From: Octopus bimaculoides
Taxonomy: Eukaryota
Reading direction: 5' to 3'
Length of the DNA: 47,911 nt
NCBI RefSeq assembly: GCF_001194135.2
Contig: NC_068981.1
Location: 142,688,206 to 142,736,116 of the forward strand
Shown: in pieces, positions 26,917-40,329 of the stretch
Layout of the letters: the number at the start of each line of letters is the position of its first letter
How positions within the stretch are numbered: the stretch's first letter is position 1
Position numbers and translations under genes: made by a program
The notes under the pieces: generated by a model
What the model saw: only the letters and a program-made list of their open reading frames with translations
Told to the model about the DNA's origin: nothing
Databases searched by the model: none

Positions 26917-29900
26917 CAAATACTGCTAAATACTGCTAAATGTTAAGTAACTTGCATTCTTTTGAAAGGTGAAAATTTTTAATTCCATGTGTATAGTTAA
27001 TACAATTTTGATGGTAAACCACATGTATTTTAAATGTATAAAAAAATCCTCCTCGTAAGCAATGAACTGGAGTAGGCAAGTCTTTTTATTTTATTTTTTC
27101 GTCTATAAGCTACATATTCCAACATCTGAGATATAGAAACATTTTCTTTCTTTAAATCTATGAAGTAGAAAAAGAAAACCATTCACAATAATCCTTCAGG
27201 TAAGAATCCTATTAGCTTTAGTTGACGATAGGATAGTACAATCTTTTTCGTACGGTTAATATTCACCCGAACATCTGTTTCCGATATGTGCTTGCTCGTA
27301 TAGTGACATCATTCTTTATATATTTTGTCTATTATAATTGAATTCGTATAAAGCAAAGTAAGTTATCTCTGAGGCTATTCTGTTTCCATTTACTGATACA
27401 ATTTTTGTAGTCGCTTAACAATTGAAAGACCGTAAGTATCCCTTACATTTTGGCTTTTTATAATTCTATTTTTCATTTCCATTTCGGTCATCAATATATA
27501 ACACTAGGCGGTATAACTTTTTCCTTAGTTACTTCTGAGCGTTCTGAAAAGCTTGACATTTATTCAAGAACTATAAACTTTCAGAAACGTAACATTGATG
27601 CCTAAAAGCAGGCATAACTCGGAAGGTTATTCGATAAAAACGGTGTCACTGTTTGAATTTAAAGAAAGATGACACTGTTTTCTTTTTTTTTTCAACTCAT
27701 TTCATTCATTTGTGTAGACATTTCACTCATTTGCGTAGGCTTCAGATATATACAATTTCTACGTTTCCAGTGATGACCAGAGCAATTGAAATGTCATAAA
27801 TTTAATGAAGAATAACGACGCATTTTCATTTTAAATTTTCTATTGAACTGGGAACTAGGCTCTACATGATGAAGGAAATTGATGAATACAACTACGTTCC
27901 TACAGCATTCAGTGTACTTATTATTCGAATTCAAATGAAATACACTGAATTATTTATTGAACCTGAATTAAAGTTTTTTATAAACGAGCTCGTTTTCTAC
28001 ATGACTACCCTATTACATGAAGAACATTTTTCTTTTTTTTGACTACGCACAACAATTTATCTTTTTAATGATATGACTACAAATTTATTACATATGTGTG
28101 TATTTCTGAGATATTACCATAACATGCACGTGGAGTATGCTTCGATTATTTGATTTAAAATGTCACATAAATATATTTGGTTACAATTAATCATTCCGTT
28201 TAAAAGTAGAAATATCTCTGGTGAAATTCTAGCAGCGAAATATTTAAAACTATATTAGATGTCTCACAGAAATAATTAATAATGTACATCTCTGTAATTG
28301 AATCCAGATATTAAAAGTTGATTTAGAATTTATTGATGAATTTGAAATATAGAAACTATAGCATTCCTTGTAATAATTTCGTTGTACGTTAGTGTGTTTC
28401 TATTTGATGTGTTCTCTGTCACTTTACCGACAGAGTTAGCTTCATCAAGCAACGTAGGATACATGATATTTAAGAAGAAAAGTCAAAAGCGGAGAAAAAG
28501 GGAACAACAGAAATACAAATTAGCTATATGCTATCATTCATTTGCAACTAATTTTGAATTATAGAATATCACTTCCATTAGCAAATTACGGAGTATGATA
28601 AAGAGCGTCGTAAAATTGAGTTGCTATTCTTTCTAAAGAATAAACAATATAATGACAGTTATGGAGAACAAAAAAAATTATAAAAACATTACAATAATAT
28701 TCTGATTTGAAAATTAACAGCAGTCTAATGTTTGCAAATTCTGTAAAATAAATACAGAAAAATTGTACGTAAATATTCTATACTTTGTATTATATCTTTC
28801 ATTGTCAAAAGAGAATGAATTTCAACACAACAATACTTTATTATTAACGGCATACGTTAGCTAATTATGTCTTTGTACACTTCTACAGTTATCACGTTTC
28901 ATATATGTTTCGCTGTACTGGGATGTGCTTATGTAAGGATAAACCTTTCAATCCGTATTCTTAGTATATCGGAAATTTCAGAATTAATACTCTGCAGAAC
29001 TACCACTATGGTTTGACTGAGAAAACCCTTTTCAAGAACCAAGCCGAAGAGAACATGATACAGTCTGTTGAAATAAAGAATTTTTCGTTCTTGCAATATT
29101 TAGTTTCATTACAAATATCTTCTCAAAGATAAGTGCTATGTCGAATTAATTTTTTATTAATTCTAACCACGCAGCGAAGCTCATTGGAACCAGATACTTT
29201 TGAGAAAGGAATGCTAAGGTATAGGAACTACACAACTGCAGATATTCTATAGGAATTATACTTCGGTCGAATAAATCCATAAGATCATTGAAAATCAACT
29301 GAGCAATATTAACTTTTGAATTTGAAGGAATGGGAGGTGGTAATGTTTCAGAAACAGATTTATAATGATATGCCACAAATGTTAAGGCTTTCCCATTAAA
29401 GTGTAATACTGGAATCAGATTGAAGTCTTCTTACGTTAAGCGTGACCCTAAATTTTTATATGTTTCTTCCCAGTTGTTTTCAATAAATCTTTTCCTAATT
29501 GCAGAATGTGAGTTATAAAGTGTATTGGCTGAGAAGCCCAGACGTGACTTATATCCCATTGACCAGGGCTGACAGGACTCCACAATTCAGAGAAAACGAC
29601 TACTTTACAAATGTTCCTTTAAATCATTAGCTCTCTAATTTAGAAACGAATAGTACAAGGACCATCACACAAATGAGAATTTACTTCGGTATTTTTATTT
29701 GTTGAATCTTATTTAAATGTTTAAATCATTAGATCTCAACAATCTAAATCCTATGGACTCATTTGATTCCTATTTTACTCTACTGGCCCTGAATAAACAT
29801 TCCATGTTTTATAAAGTCTCCTTATATTTTTGTAATATTATAAGGAAATGAGTAACACAATGACGAGAATATTTGAGCATTGTAGAAGTACAGCCAACTA

Positions 29901-29949
29901 ATTACACATAAATTTTAATAGCACACACACACATACACACACATGCTCA

Positions 29950-29987
<38 letters not shown>

Positions 29988-30094
29988 TATATATATAGTG
30001 TGTGTGTGAGAGAGGGGGAGAGAGGGAGGGAGGAAGAGAAGGAAAGACAGAGAGACAGACAGAAAGAGAGAGAACAAAGACAGAGAGAAATATA

Positions 30095-30613
30095 GTTATG
30101 GCCGGTTCATAGCGTTACCCAAAGTTTCGCGTCCATAAACCGCATAGCTTTACATACGGTTTGTCAAACCTTTATGGCTGGTGACCTATAAACTCACTTC
30201 AAAATGGAGGGAGAAGGCTTCGTGGCTAGTTTTTGAATACATAAACAGATAGCTAATAAAAGTCAAGTGCATGGGAATGTCTGTCTTAGACCACGATCTG
30301 GAACCTACCGAATCAGCTTCCGGGTCCCAGGATTTCAATAGGATTCGCCTGGTGTGCAAACAGTATCCGAAGACTTCTGTTCCGAAATTTAAAATTTTCC
30401 CCCGGTGGATGGATTTCTTTGATATCGTCACCCCTTCTATTATATCACATCTTGCAGCATTTCCGCTCGTTCATGTGTGCATTCGGTTTTTCAATGATCT
30501 TCCATTTGAGTTACCATACGATTACATGTTCTGACCCTTCGTTCTTCAGACCCCACACGTGCTTTGCCAACAACGTGGTACAACGTCTTTCTGGGATCCT
30601 AAACGAGGATGTG
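30095..30613 (-). mobile_element. Penelope-like element 3' end (GIY-YIG C-terminus and 3' UTR), decayed
   Basis: SSFRIPERRCTTLLAKHVWGLKNEG..W*LKWKIIEK...KCCKMC(frameshift)IIEGVTI...GKILNFGTEVFGYCLHTRRILLKSW. Confidence 0.8.
30110..30173 (-). ncRNA. Decayed type I hammerhead motif in PLE 3' UTR
   Basis: aaaggt-ttgacaa-accgt...ggacgc-gaaac-tttgg-gta-acgcta; core CUGANGA mutated, GAAAC and GUA retained. Confidence 0.45.
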
Positions 30614-31114
30614 TTATTATTGCTAACATTATTTGCATTATCATTAGCGATGGTGCTGCTAGTATTTCTGTTATACTAGCTGTAGTTTCTATTATTAATA
30701 CTAGCGGTAGTGTTGCTGCTATTTCTGCTACTGCTGTAGCTGCTGAAAATGTTATTACTGCTATTAGGGTCAGATAACACCGCAGCCTCGTTTCGCATTC
30801 GCCTCCAAGTTTCTACTGTAGTCCCTGCATGAATACCCCGACTCCTCAGGTACCCTAGGGTTGATATCTAAATCCTAATAATGGCAACAATAATGACAAC
30901 AACAGCAACGACTATAGCGCCGATAACAGCTCCAACAACGACGATGGATATAGCAACACCAGCAAGGTCACCAACAGCGACGCCAACAACAGCATCGACA
31001 CCAACTTCGCCATCGATGATGTCCCCTAAATGAGTATTACCGACGCCAGCACGATGAATGTGTGTAGTAGCATCAGCAACATCAACACAAGCAGTAACGG
31101 CAACAGCAGCATTC

Positions 31115-31670
31115 TAAGATTCATCGGATGTTCCGGAAACACATTCAAGTAGCGCCTCTCCAACCAAAAGTCCCTGTTTAGGGTCCCGTAAAGACATAAT
31201 GCCACTTCGTTGGCAAGCCACGTGTAGCATCTGAAGGATGAAGGAAACCACATGTAATTACATGGTAAATCACATCGGAGCTCCTAGACAAACTGGGTCC
31301 CTACATCAACGGGAGCAATCGTTGCACGCTCTGTATGGCGGGTCTGGCGGCGATACTAAAGAGCTCCCTCAACCTGAGGAAAATGTAACTTAAATTTTAG
31401 GATTGAAGTTTCAGACACTGTTCAAACTTCAGGCGATTCCAATTGAATCCTGGAACCCACAAACTGACAGGGTGCATTCCGGGTAGTGGTTTAAAGCAGA
31501 CAATGTCTTCCACTTTATCTTTCATCTTTGTCTGTGTGTTCAAGAACTATCCACGATATATCCGTCCATTTTGAAGAGAGGCTATGAGATACAGGCAATT
31601 AGGATCTGACCAGACGTATGAAAAGCTAAGTGCTCTATGGACGCAAACCAGGTAACCTTACGAAACGGCA
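31115..31670 (+). mobile_element. Penelope-like element 3' end (GIY-YIG C-terminus and 3' UTR), decayed
   Basis: FIGCSGNTFK*RLSNQKSLFRVP*RHNATSLASHV*HLKDEG...W*ITSELLDKLGPYINGSNRCTLC; colinear with the reverse complement of 30095-30613 through the UTR. Confidence 0.85.
31600..31660 (+). ncRNA. Decayed type I hammerhead motif in PLE 3' UTR
   Basis: taggat-ctgacca-gacgt...ggacgc-aaac-cag-gta-acctta; stem I largely retained, G of GAAA lost. Confidence 0.45.
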
Positions 31671-32319
31671 ATAATGATCTGTCTCTAAATACTCTTGTGC
31701 TCTATAACATAGTGTGCTTCCCTTTCGGATTCATAATTTACTGACTATATATANNNNNNNNNNNNNNNNNNNNNNNNNNNNNNNNNNNNNNNNNNNNNNN
31801 NNNNNNNNNNNNNNNNNTATATATATATATATATATATGTACGTATGCATATATGCATACATGTATATATGTAAGACAAGTGTATGAACTAAAGGCAGGT
31901 GTACAGGTGTATATGTTTCATGCCCAGGAAAGTGAGGAAGTCTTTTACGTTTTAAGCCTACGCTCTTCAACAGAAATGAATATGAGAAAATGAATAGAGA
32001 ATACAAAAACCTTGTGGATTTAGCGATCCTCTTCATCATAGCGAGGATAATAAACTGGCGCAGAACTCAATATACATATTGCCCAAAACGCAATACTATA
32101 AGAGTACAGATTGGTAATAGATAACAAATACATGACAACAGAAAAACCCAGTGTTATGTAATGAAATTAATTCGCTTAAAGCCGTCTCTGCTGTAAGGTG
32201 TGGTGGACGCTTAGTTGCGTACCAAGATAAAATATTATAGAAGAAACAGTTGTAAGCGAATGGAGTACATTAAATAACATTTGGTTTTTCCTGTATCATC
32301 TCTTTGTTATGTGTGTGCG

Positions 32320-32369
<50 letters not shown>

Positions 32370-34899
32370 CGTGTGTCTAAGAATAAGACACTTTTATGTG
32401 ACTATTGCTCAACTTGAGATAAATACTTTGCTAAAGTAAATATTGTGAAACTACACTTTAAAATAATTGTATTTGTCAGGAATATTTTAATCGTATTAGC
32501 TTTTAAATCTTTCTGAATATGCGTCGATTTTTATTAGCTTAACTAATTAGAAGCATTGGTTTCATTATTAATCACTTAATAGGAAATAGCTGAGATTCCA
32601 TTCCAACTGCGCCACTTGAAGCACCGATTTCTCTCTTTGATCAAAACTTAAACTAATGTAAATTAATAATACAGTTGAATTATTTTATTAATAGATGGTG
32701 GATTAGATGAATCGTTACATTGACGGACTATAGATCTAGCTAGCTTTAAACATTATCTTTTAATATTTTTCTGATTTCAATTGCAAGCAGAGATCAACCT
32801 TGATTGATTTTATCAATCTATGATCAATAATGTGAGCTGTCAGTCATATACTGCAGATGATTTATCAAGTATTCTCTCAGACTACATCTATATATTGTTC
32901 CTATGTTAGAATTCAACGCTGCACTTCATTTAACCGATTAATAATGCGTGTTACGTATATAAGGTTAGTATACCTTTGATTCACACAATTACTTTGTGGT
33001 TTCTAGATCTATATTTGCTCTTAGTATGTAGAATCCGTTGCATTGTATTAATGTAAGTAAAGAGTTATGGAATCGTAAACAAGCATCGATATCATGTCAA
33101 GAAACAACATCATCATCAACTCCCAATCCTCATATGTTAGTAATTTACATAGGTGAAATGACTGAATAATGAAACCCAACCTTAACGGAATAGCCATTGT
33201 GTTGTCTTAAGAATGGGATTGCAACAATGATATCGCAAGCATGATTTGGTCTGAAACATTGGTGACGTTAATGTTCCGATTAAACAACCTCTATGTAACG
33301 GCTGCTGGAAAATACATGTATAGAATATGGTGCTTTATACAATAATGTTAATCGTTAGAAAATGCTGCCAAATATATTAAAATGCCTGATCTGAACCCCT
33401 TAAAGCCTATGTTGCAATACCTAATGTAGTTCAGAAGGGGTTATAAATTGTAGTAACAACAACAAAAACAATCGCTATTTCAATGCCAATCTGCAGTATT
33501 AAAAGTGTAAATAACAAACCTGTAGATTTTGAGACATAAAACGAAAGCCTGTAGAAACATTGATAACACGCGCAAAATCTGTTTGGCCAAATTCTGGTAT
33601 GCTGGTCTTTCTGGATTTGGCAAAGATACATGTCCGCCCTTGTGGTTATCATAGAAAGATTCCAAATGACTTGGACATCTACTGAAAGGGAAAGCCTAGC
33701 AATGGTCGTTGATTTCTTTAACCTCTTGAAAAGAAAACCACTGGAAACGTAACTATCTGTTTTCGTATTTTATAATATTATATTATCAAATTAAACTGTC
33801 ATTTCATTCAAAAATTATAAATGTTTGTTACGCCCTGCAATCGCAAGCGATAATGAAAACGTTTAATTTTGCCACATATATTTTGCAAGGAGTGGCTTGT
33901 CTGGTTCCTGAACAAGCTCGATCAATGTATTCCCTTCACGTCAGTAAGTGTGCTTGCATAACATTTTGTAGTCCTCAAACGTATTCCAGTCGTGAACTAC
34001 ACATCAATATTAGGGATAGGAAATGAACGATAGTTACATATACATCGTATGTGTCTTTTGCTCATTCAACTTTTTAAAATGTAAGGTTTGATTTGAGGGG
34101 TGACGCAGTTACGTTAATTAAGAGCCAGCACTTAAGATTGACATATATGAGAGTATACCGAATATAGAAATCAAGTTGGAAAATCGAAATTACAACAGAT
34201 CAACATGGAAATAACAGCAATGGTATTAAGATTTAGAGCTAATAACAGCATTGTTAGTCAGCATAGATATAGAATTTGGCCGAAAGCAACATTTATATTC
34301 ACGAGTAAAATATGGATATATATTGGCATTTAATAGTCAATATACACTAAATTCACAAAATAGTATATACAGTTGGAAAGTCGTTGCATAAAAAGTAGCT
34401 CTAAACAACAGGCCCTCCGTAATTAAGCAGAGTTACGGCCAAAAACGTTACAGCGGTGGCAAGGCTTCCTTATTTTCTGGTATATATCGAGAATTACATT
34501 TTCTAACATCTCATTCCATCTATAAGGCAGCAGATTGAAAATGTAATGGAGGTTTATTTTTACGGTGTGAACTGGTTAGGAAACACTCAGTGGTGACTTC
34601 AAAGTTAACGATTAGTTATATTTATGGGAAACCTCTACCTCAGATCATAGACAATACAATTTCTTCATGATGTGTGAATTTTACATTATTTTGTATCTTG
34701 AAGTTTACGTTGTCACAAACCAACATGAAGAGATAAGCACAAAATAGCTCTAAAAGGAAAGAGACATTGAAGCCCATGAAGATGAAGAAAATGACCAGAA
34801 ATATTTATCATATTCATCGATGTGGAAGATCATTGAAGGCTCTATGACACCTTCAATGTATCATATTTATAAGCTGAATGACATTTTCAATAATATAAA

Positions 34900-35093
34900 A
34901 AGCTTCCAAATTTTGTCGCAAGATAAGCGGTTCTTGAGAGGAATGTTAATACGATTTTATTGACCCTAATATCTGACTAGTACTTCAATTATCGAACCTG
35001 AAATGACGAAAAGCAGAGTCGAACTCGGCGGAATTTGAACTCAAAATTTACAGACCGACGAAATACCGGTAAGCATAATGTCCGGTGTACCTT
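34900..35093 (-). mobile_element. tRNA-derived SINE, second family
   Basis: ttatcgaacctgaaatgacgaaaagcagagtcgaactcggcggaatttgaactc...gacgaaataccggtaagc. Confidence 0.8.
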
Positions 35094-35648
35094 CTTAAAA
35101 GCATATATTATATCATCTGTAGGAAATTGTAATGAAAGAAAACAGTATTTCGTCTGTAAACAATTTATTTCGGTGAAATATATTTACGAAAAATGCACAA
35201 CAGGTAACTAAAATCGGGCAATATTGACGATGAAATACATTTCAAATGAGAAAGTTGCACTCATAATTAGTTGAAAATGAACACTTAATGTTTGATTACT
35301 AAAACATATCTGCTCATATCATCTACAATATTATACGTTTGTATTTATAAATACAACTATTGGCACAGATAGGAATGATATTTGCAGTTAAATAATGAAT
35401 TTATCAAGTGAGTTTTCTTAAGAAAATGAAAAATGTGATATAACATGTAAATTTAAGAAGAACAATGAAATTTAGTAATATTTTTTTATGGATCAGGTAT
35501 AATTAACTATTTCTTATTAAATATCTCTCCGATTTGCAATTATGGCATTGTATTAGGAGAAATAGGATCCATCAAACAAGTAGAAAAACAAAATAAGATT
35601 ACGTAGTCATAATCCTTTCCCAAAGACATTTTCATATCGTTCACACAC

Positions 35649-35683
<35 letters not shown>

Positions 35684-36072
35684 TGTATGTATGTATGTAT
35701 GTATGCATGTATGTATGTAGGAAGGTAAACAGGTAGGTAGGTACATATGTGTATGTATCTATGTGTTTGTGTGTTTGTGCGTGTGAGTACAAATATATAC
35801 ATGCATACATACATACATACATACAAATACACATGCATACACGCACATACATATATACATACATACACTTAAAACCGCACATATACATGTGCAGAAACAG
35901 ACTCACGCACATATTTATATATTCGTATCGACCGAAATCTAAATTAAAGTATTATTAGATATATCTGTATACCCTCCGGAAGGTTCAGAATATCTATATT
36001 GAGATTATAGAGAAGACTGTGCTAATTGAAATGAAATTGTATTATAGTGTGTGTCCAATAAATATATGTATG

Positions 36073-36122
<50 letters not shown>

Positions 36123-37823
36123 NNNNNNNNNNNNNNNNNNNNNNNNNNNNNNNNNNNNNNNNNNNNNNNNNNNNNNNNNNNNNNNNNNNNNNNNNNNNNN
36201 NNNNNNNNNNNNNNNNNNNNNNNNNNNNNNNNNNNNNNNNNNNNNNNNNNNNNNNNNNNNNNNNNNNNNNNNNNNNNNNNNNNNNNNNNNNNNNNNNNNN
36301 NNNNNNNNNNNNNNNNNNNNNNNNNNNNNNNNNNNNNNNNNNNNNNNNNNNNNNNNNNNNNNNNNNNNNNNNNNNNNNNNNNNNNNNNNNNNNNNNNNNN
36401 NNNNNNNNNNNNNNNNNNNNNATATATATATATATATATATATACATATATAGATATGTATATATATGTATATAAAGAGAGAGAGGGATAGTGAGATATT
36501 GATGCAAATATTGACGTAGTTATACATGTATATCTTTGTGTATGAATGTCTACGTACATAAGCAAGTGCGCATATAAGTATACATGCAAGCGTGTATATA
36601 TGTATATATATATGTATGTGCGTGCGTGTGTGCATATATACGTACGCGTATATACAAACACATATGCGTACATGCGTTCTTGTATGACGTAGATATACGT
36701 ATTTATTTGATGAGTTCATGAGTGTCATTGTGTACTACGCCTTAAATATCTGTTAGTATTTTAGATTTAATCCATTGATTCATTGTGGAGCTTTATTTAA
36801 CAACTCATGAAGTGGAGGCTTTCAAAATGCTTTAAATTCTACTTGTGCGAATTCACTTAACTATTGATCTTGAGATAAAAATCCTTTTTTTATAATTTCA
36901 TTTCTTCGTACAGATCATTTAGCGAACAATTATTTAACATAGAATGAAATACATTTTCTTCCGTCATAGTAAAGAGTATTATAAATGAATTGAAGATCAT
37001 TTTCACTTAATATTTTGAGGTCAATTGATGACTTTGATATCATTGCATGAAATTTTATATATAAAATCAACACGGAAGAAAAAAATACTTTATCCTCTAT
37101 CTCATGAATATAAATGTACATCCGTATTTCTGATTGGTTCGATAATATTGTTTACATATTCATATTTTTGCAGACCTATTTCTATAGGTATTTATGCTGG
37201 TAATATATGTATAGCTAACATTGTGATAAGTTTAATGATATGTAAAGCTCTAATTTGAAATAAAGAATTCATGCATCACATGTTAGACTATATTTGAGGG
37301 TGTAGCGATATGAATGACCATATGCTGTCCAAATTTGTAATATCACGAATTAAGTTCCGCCAGTATTCTGATTAATGCTGGGGACCATACAATTTTACTG
37401 ACTGTCTCTGTAATAATGGACACTTAGCAAGAAATTACTGGCCCCTTAATATTGTTGTGCTTGATATCGATGATATTCTATTTAGACTGTCGTAGGACTT
37501 CTGGATGAAAATCTACAGCGGAAAGAAGATTCAAAGGGAACGATATTCTGAGAAGGACTTGGGATAAAAAGAGTGTTTGACGTGGTACGGAAAATGAGAG
37601 GTGGAGAAAGGTGTGTTGTATGCGCGTCATTCGCAGTTTCATGTGACTGATTATCACCGAGAATCAGACGTTAATGTAGTAGCAATATCAAACAGAGAAG
37701 AGAGACACCACATATATTAACAAGAGATGCATACTTATCTCTCCATCTGAATTTTAGCTAAACAATCATCCGATCCGTAAGCCTTCAGCTAAAAGATCAA
37801 AATAGCATTGATAATTCTAGAGA

Positions 37824-38428
37824 ATGCCGGGGAAATCATGGCAGAGATCGCAGCTAGCCTTCTTTAATTCTTACATGTTTTCAGTTGCATCCCACAACAT
37901 ATGCAGTGACTTCTTGATGTTGATTTCTTCTTCTTGCCCAGTTTTGGCCACTTTCTGACATGTCTTTACTCTCCATCTGATTTAGAATCTTCCGCGACCT
38001 TCTATAATTTATAAATCACTAATTTATGAATCCTAGTACTTTAACAGCCACTTTGGGGACCTATCTAGTAATATACAATACCTCACCGTTACAGAATATG
38101 TCCTATTCTGCCATGTTTGTTTGTGTCTCACATAACTTCCAATGTTTCTAACATTTTAAGCGCCTCCTTTTTTGTGCGCATTCGAAGGTGAAATATTGAG
38201 GCGCAATCATCTCAGAAATTAGCATGTTCCGTTTCAGTAAATATGCACCGTTTCAATATTTTGTAACATAATGAGGCAATCCATTTACCAACTCTTTTAG
38301 CTATCAACAGTATGAAAGGAAGCTGAACATTTGCAACAGGTTTGTAAAGATACCTTCTTTCAAATAAATTAGATTCTAAAGCCTACTTTTAGGTATATCT
38401 ATATCCGTCAAACTCACATTAACCATTG
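37824..38428. repeat. Unclassified interspersed repeat, copy A
   Basis: 37824-37854 plus 38092-38428 match 41416-41789 at roughly 90% by eye. Confidence 0.85.
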
Positions 38429-39902
38429 CTATTTTTCTCAGGAAAAAAAATTGCAATTAGCCCTCACGAAAGAATTGCAAATATTCTACCCATTCCATTT
38501 TCTAACTGAAAATTAAATAACTCTTATGAAAAGACTCGAAATATACCCTAGTAAATATTCGAACGAAGCTTGTACAAGGATATGCTCAGCAGAGACTAAG
38601 CCTATTTAAATTAGATGCTATAAGATAGCTTTCAGCAACGTTAAGTCCATTATTAAGCAACTATTATTTACTCAGTATGTGCACTTCTACAGAAAATTAT
38701 AACGGGTTTTATTAAAATCTTCATTCTTCATTCTTCGGTACGTAACTATATATTCTACATGCATATATACATGTACGCGAATGTGCATATATGTATATGT
38801 GTGTGTGTGTGTGTGAGTGCGTGTGTGTGTGTGTGTGTCTCTGTGTGTGTGAGTATGTATATATANNNNNNNNNNNNNNNNNNNNNNNNNNNNNNNNNNN
38901 NNNNNNNNNNNNNNNNNNNNNNNNNNNNNNNNNNNNNNNNNNNNNNNNNNNNNNNNNNNNNNNNNNNNNNNNNNNNNNNNNNNNNNNNNNNNNNNNNNNN
39001 NNNNNNNNNNNNNNNNNNNNNNNNNNNNNNNNNNNNNNNNNNNNNNNNNNNNNNNNNNNNNNNNNNNNNNNNNNNNNNNNNNNNNNNNNNNNNNNNNNNN
39101 NNNNNNNNNNNNNNNNNNNNNNNNNNNNNNNNNNNNNNNNNNNNNNNNNNNNNNNNNNNNNNNNNNNNNNNNNNNNNNNNNNNNNNNNNNNNNNNNNNNN
39201 NNNNNNNNNNNNNNNNNNNNNNNNNNNNNNNNNNNNNNNGTTTATTTAAGTTTTTTCCAGACTTCATTTACATTTCGACATATGTAAACGCACCTTAAAA
39301 TTATTCTTCCAAAAGTATATGGGTGCGTAATCAATCTTTTTTAAGCGATTCAGTCAAAGAACTACGGTCATACTGGGGCACCAACTTCCGGATTTTAGAT
39401 AATCAAATCAACACCATCGGTTAATGTGAATCACTGAATCCGAATCAAGCAATTTTGAATAATACATGTAAATCCCAATAAAAGTATTGGGTACCCTTTC
39501 TTTCGTTTCGTGCACTCACACTCACACACAAACACACACACACACACACACACACTCACATACACACATATGTGTTTGTGTGTGTGTGTGTACCCGTACA
39601 TTTATATGTGCCTGTGCGTATATATACATGCATATGCATATTGTTATGTTGCACAGCATACGATCTTTGTATGATGAGCACTGTTATTTCTTCAGGGGGT
39701 TGCTTGGATTAGGAGTACAAGGGTTTTTTTTCCAATTCAACAACAGCTTGTTTGCTCAGGTAACCAACGAAGTAAAGGCAATACTCTTCAATTAATGGCA
39801 ATTAGTGAGTATGTATTGGAAGTGTCTTAACCCGATGTAATTACTTACGTGCGTGGGATGACAATGAAGAAGTGATGTTAGAGAAATGAAGTCTAGCATG
39901 CA

Positions 39903-40001
39903 TTATTTCGTCAGCAGCAAGCTCCATCGCACAAGCCCTTGGTTCCCATCGTTTCTGTGAGTGACTCTTTCTTTGACCGGGTTGATCACCCTCCATACTC
40001 A
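39903..40001 (+). mobile_element. Mariner transposase catalytic-domain remnant
   Basis: One frame: LFRQQQAPSHKPLVPIVSVSDSFFDRVDHPPYS, matching the mariner L.H.DNAP.H...HPPYSPDL layout. Confidence 0.55.
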
Positions 40002-40329
40002 GGCTATGAACTTTTGCGCTTACCCTGATACTTCTTCATAGATATATACATTGTAACGAATGAAAGTATGCTGCTTGACGATCCTTTCATCCAGATATTT
40101 ACTTTAAAGGAGAGTTATATCTGCCTTGATTCTTCATACTCTCATAAATATATCCGGCCAATCGCACCTGCATATATGTGTGCACATGTAAGTTAGGGGC
40201 AATATGCATTTTGTCATGTGTGGTGAAATTGTATCCTTGTAAATAAAGACCCCACCAGATTTCATATATATATATATGGGTGTGTGGGTGTGTGTGTGTA
40301 TGTATATATATATATATATATATATTTAC

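Noticed and set aside
29146-29430. Stop-free minus-strand frame of about 94 codons (EDFNLIPVLHFNG...)
   Set aside because: No recognisable domain, no ATG, no convincing splice sites; compatible with chance.
30445-30447. TGA at the second Cys of the PLE CxxC motif, suggesting selenocysteine recoding as in some Naiad PLEs
   Set aside because: Removing one A restores TGT and also fixes the downstream frameshift (C-I-I-E-G-V-T-I); the sister arm has TGT. It is a 1-nt insertion.
33370-33415. PDLNP peptide resembling the Tc1 SPDLNP motif
   Set aside because: Five residues only, with no supporting upstream motif or TIR.
33480-33665. YQNLAKQILRVLSMF resembling a hAT dimerisation motif
   Set aside because: Similarity limited to about 15 residues; flanking FW and CE..FS motifs absent.
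36880-36960. Strong-looking splice acceptor (ttcatttcttcgtacag), and similar sites near 5415, 12395, 15495, 27195 and 39690
   Set aside because: Adjacent frames are closed by stops or give short unidentifiable peptides; no consistent exon chain.
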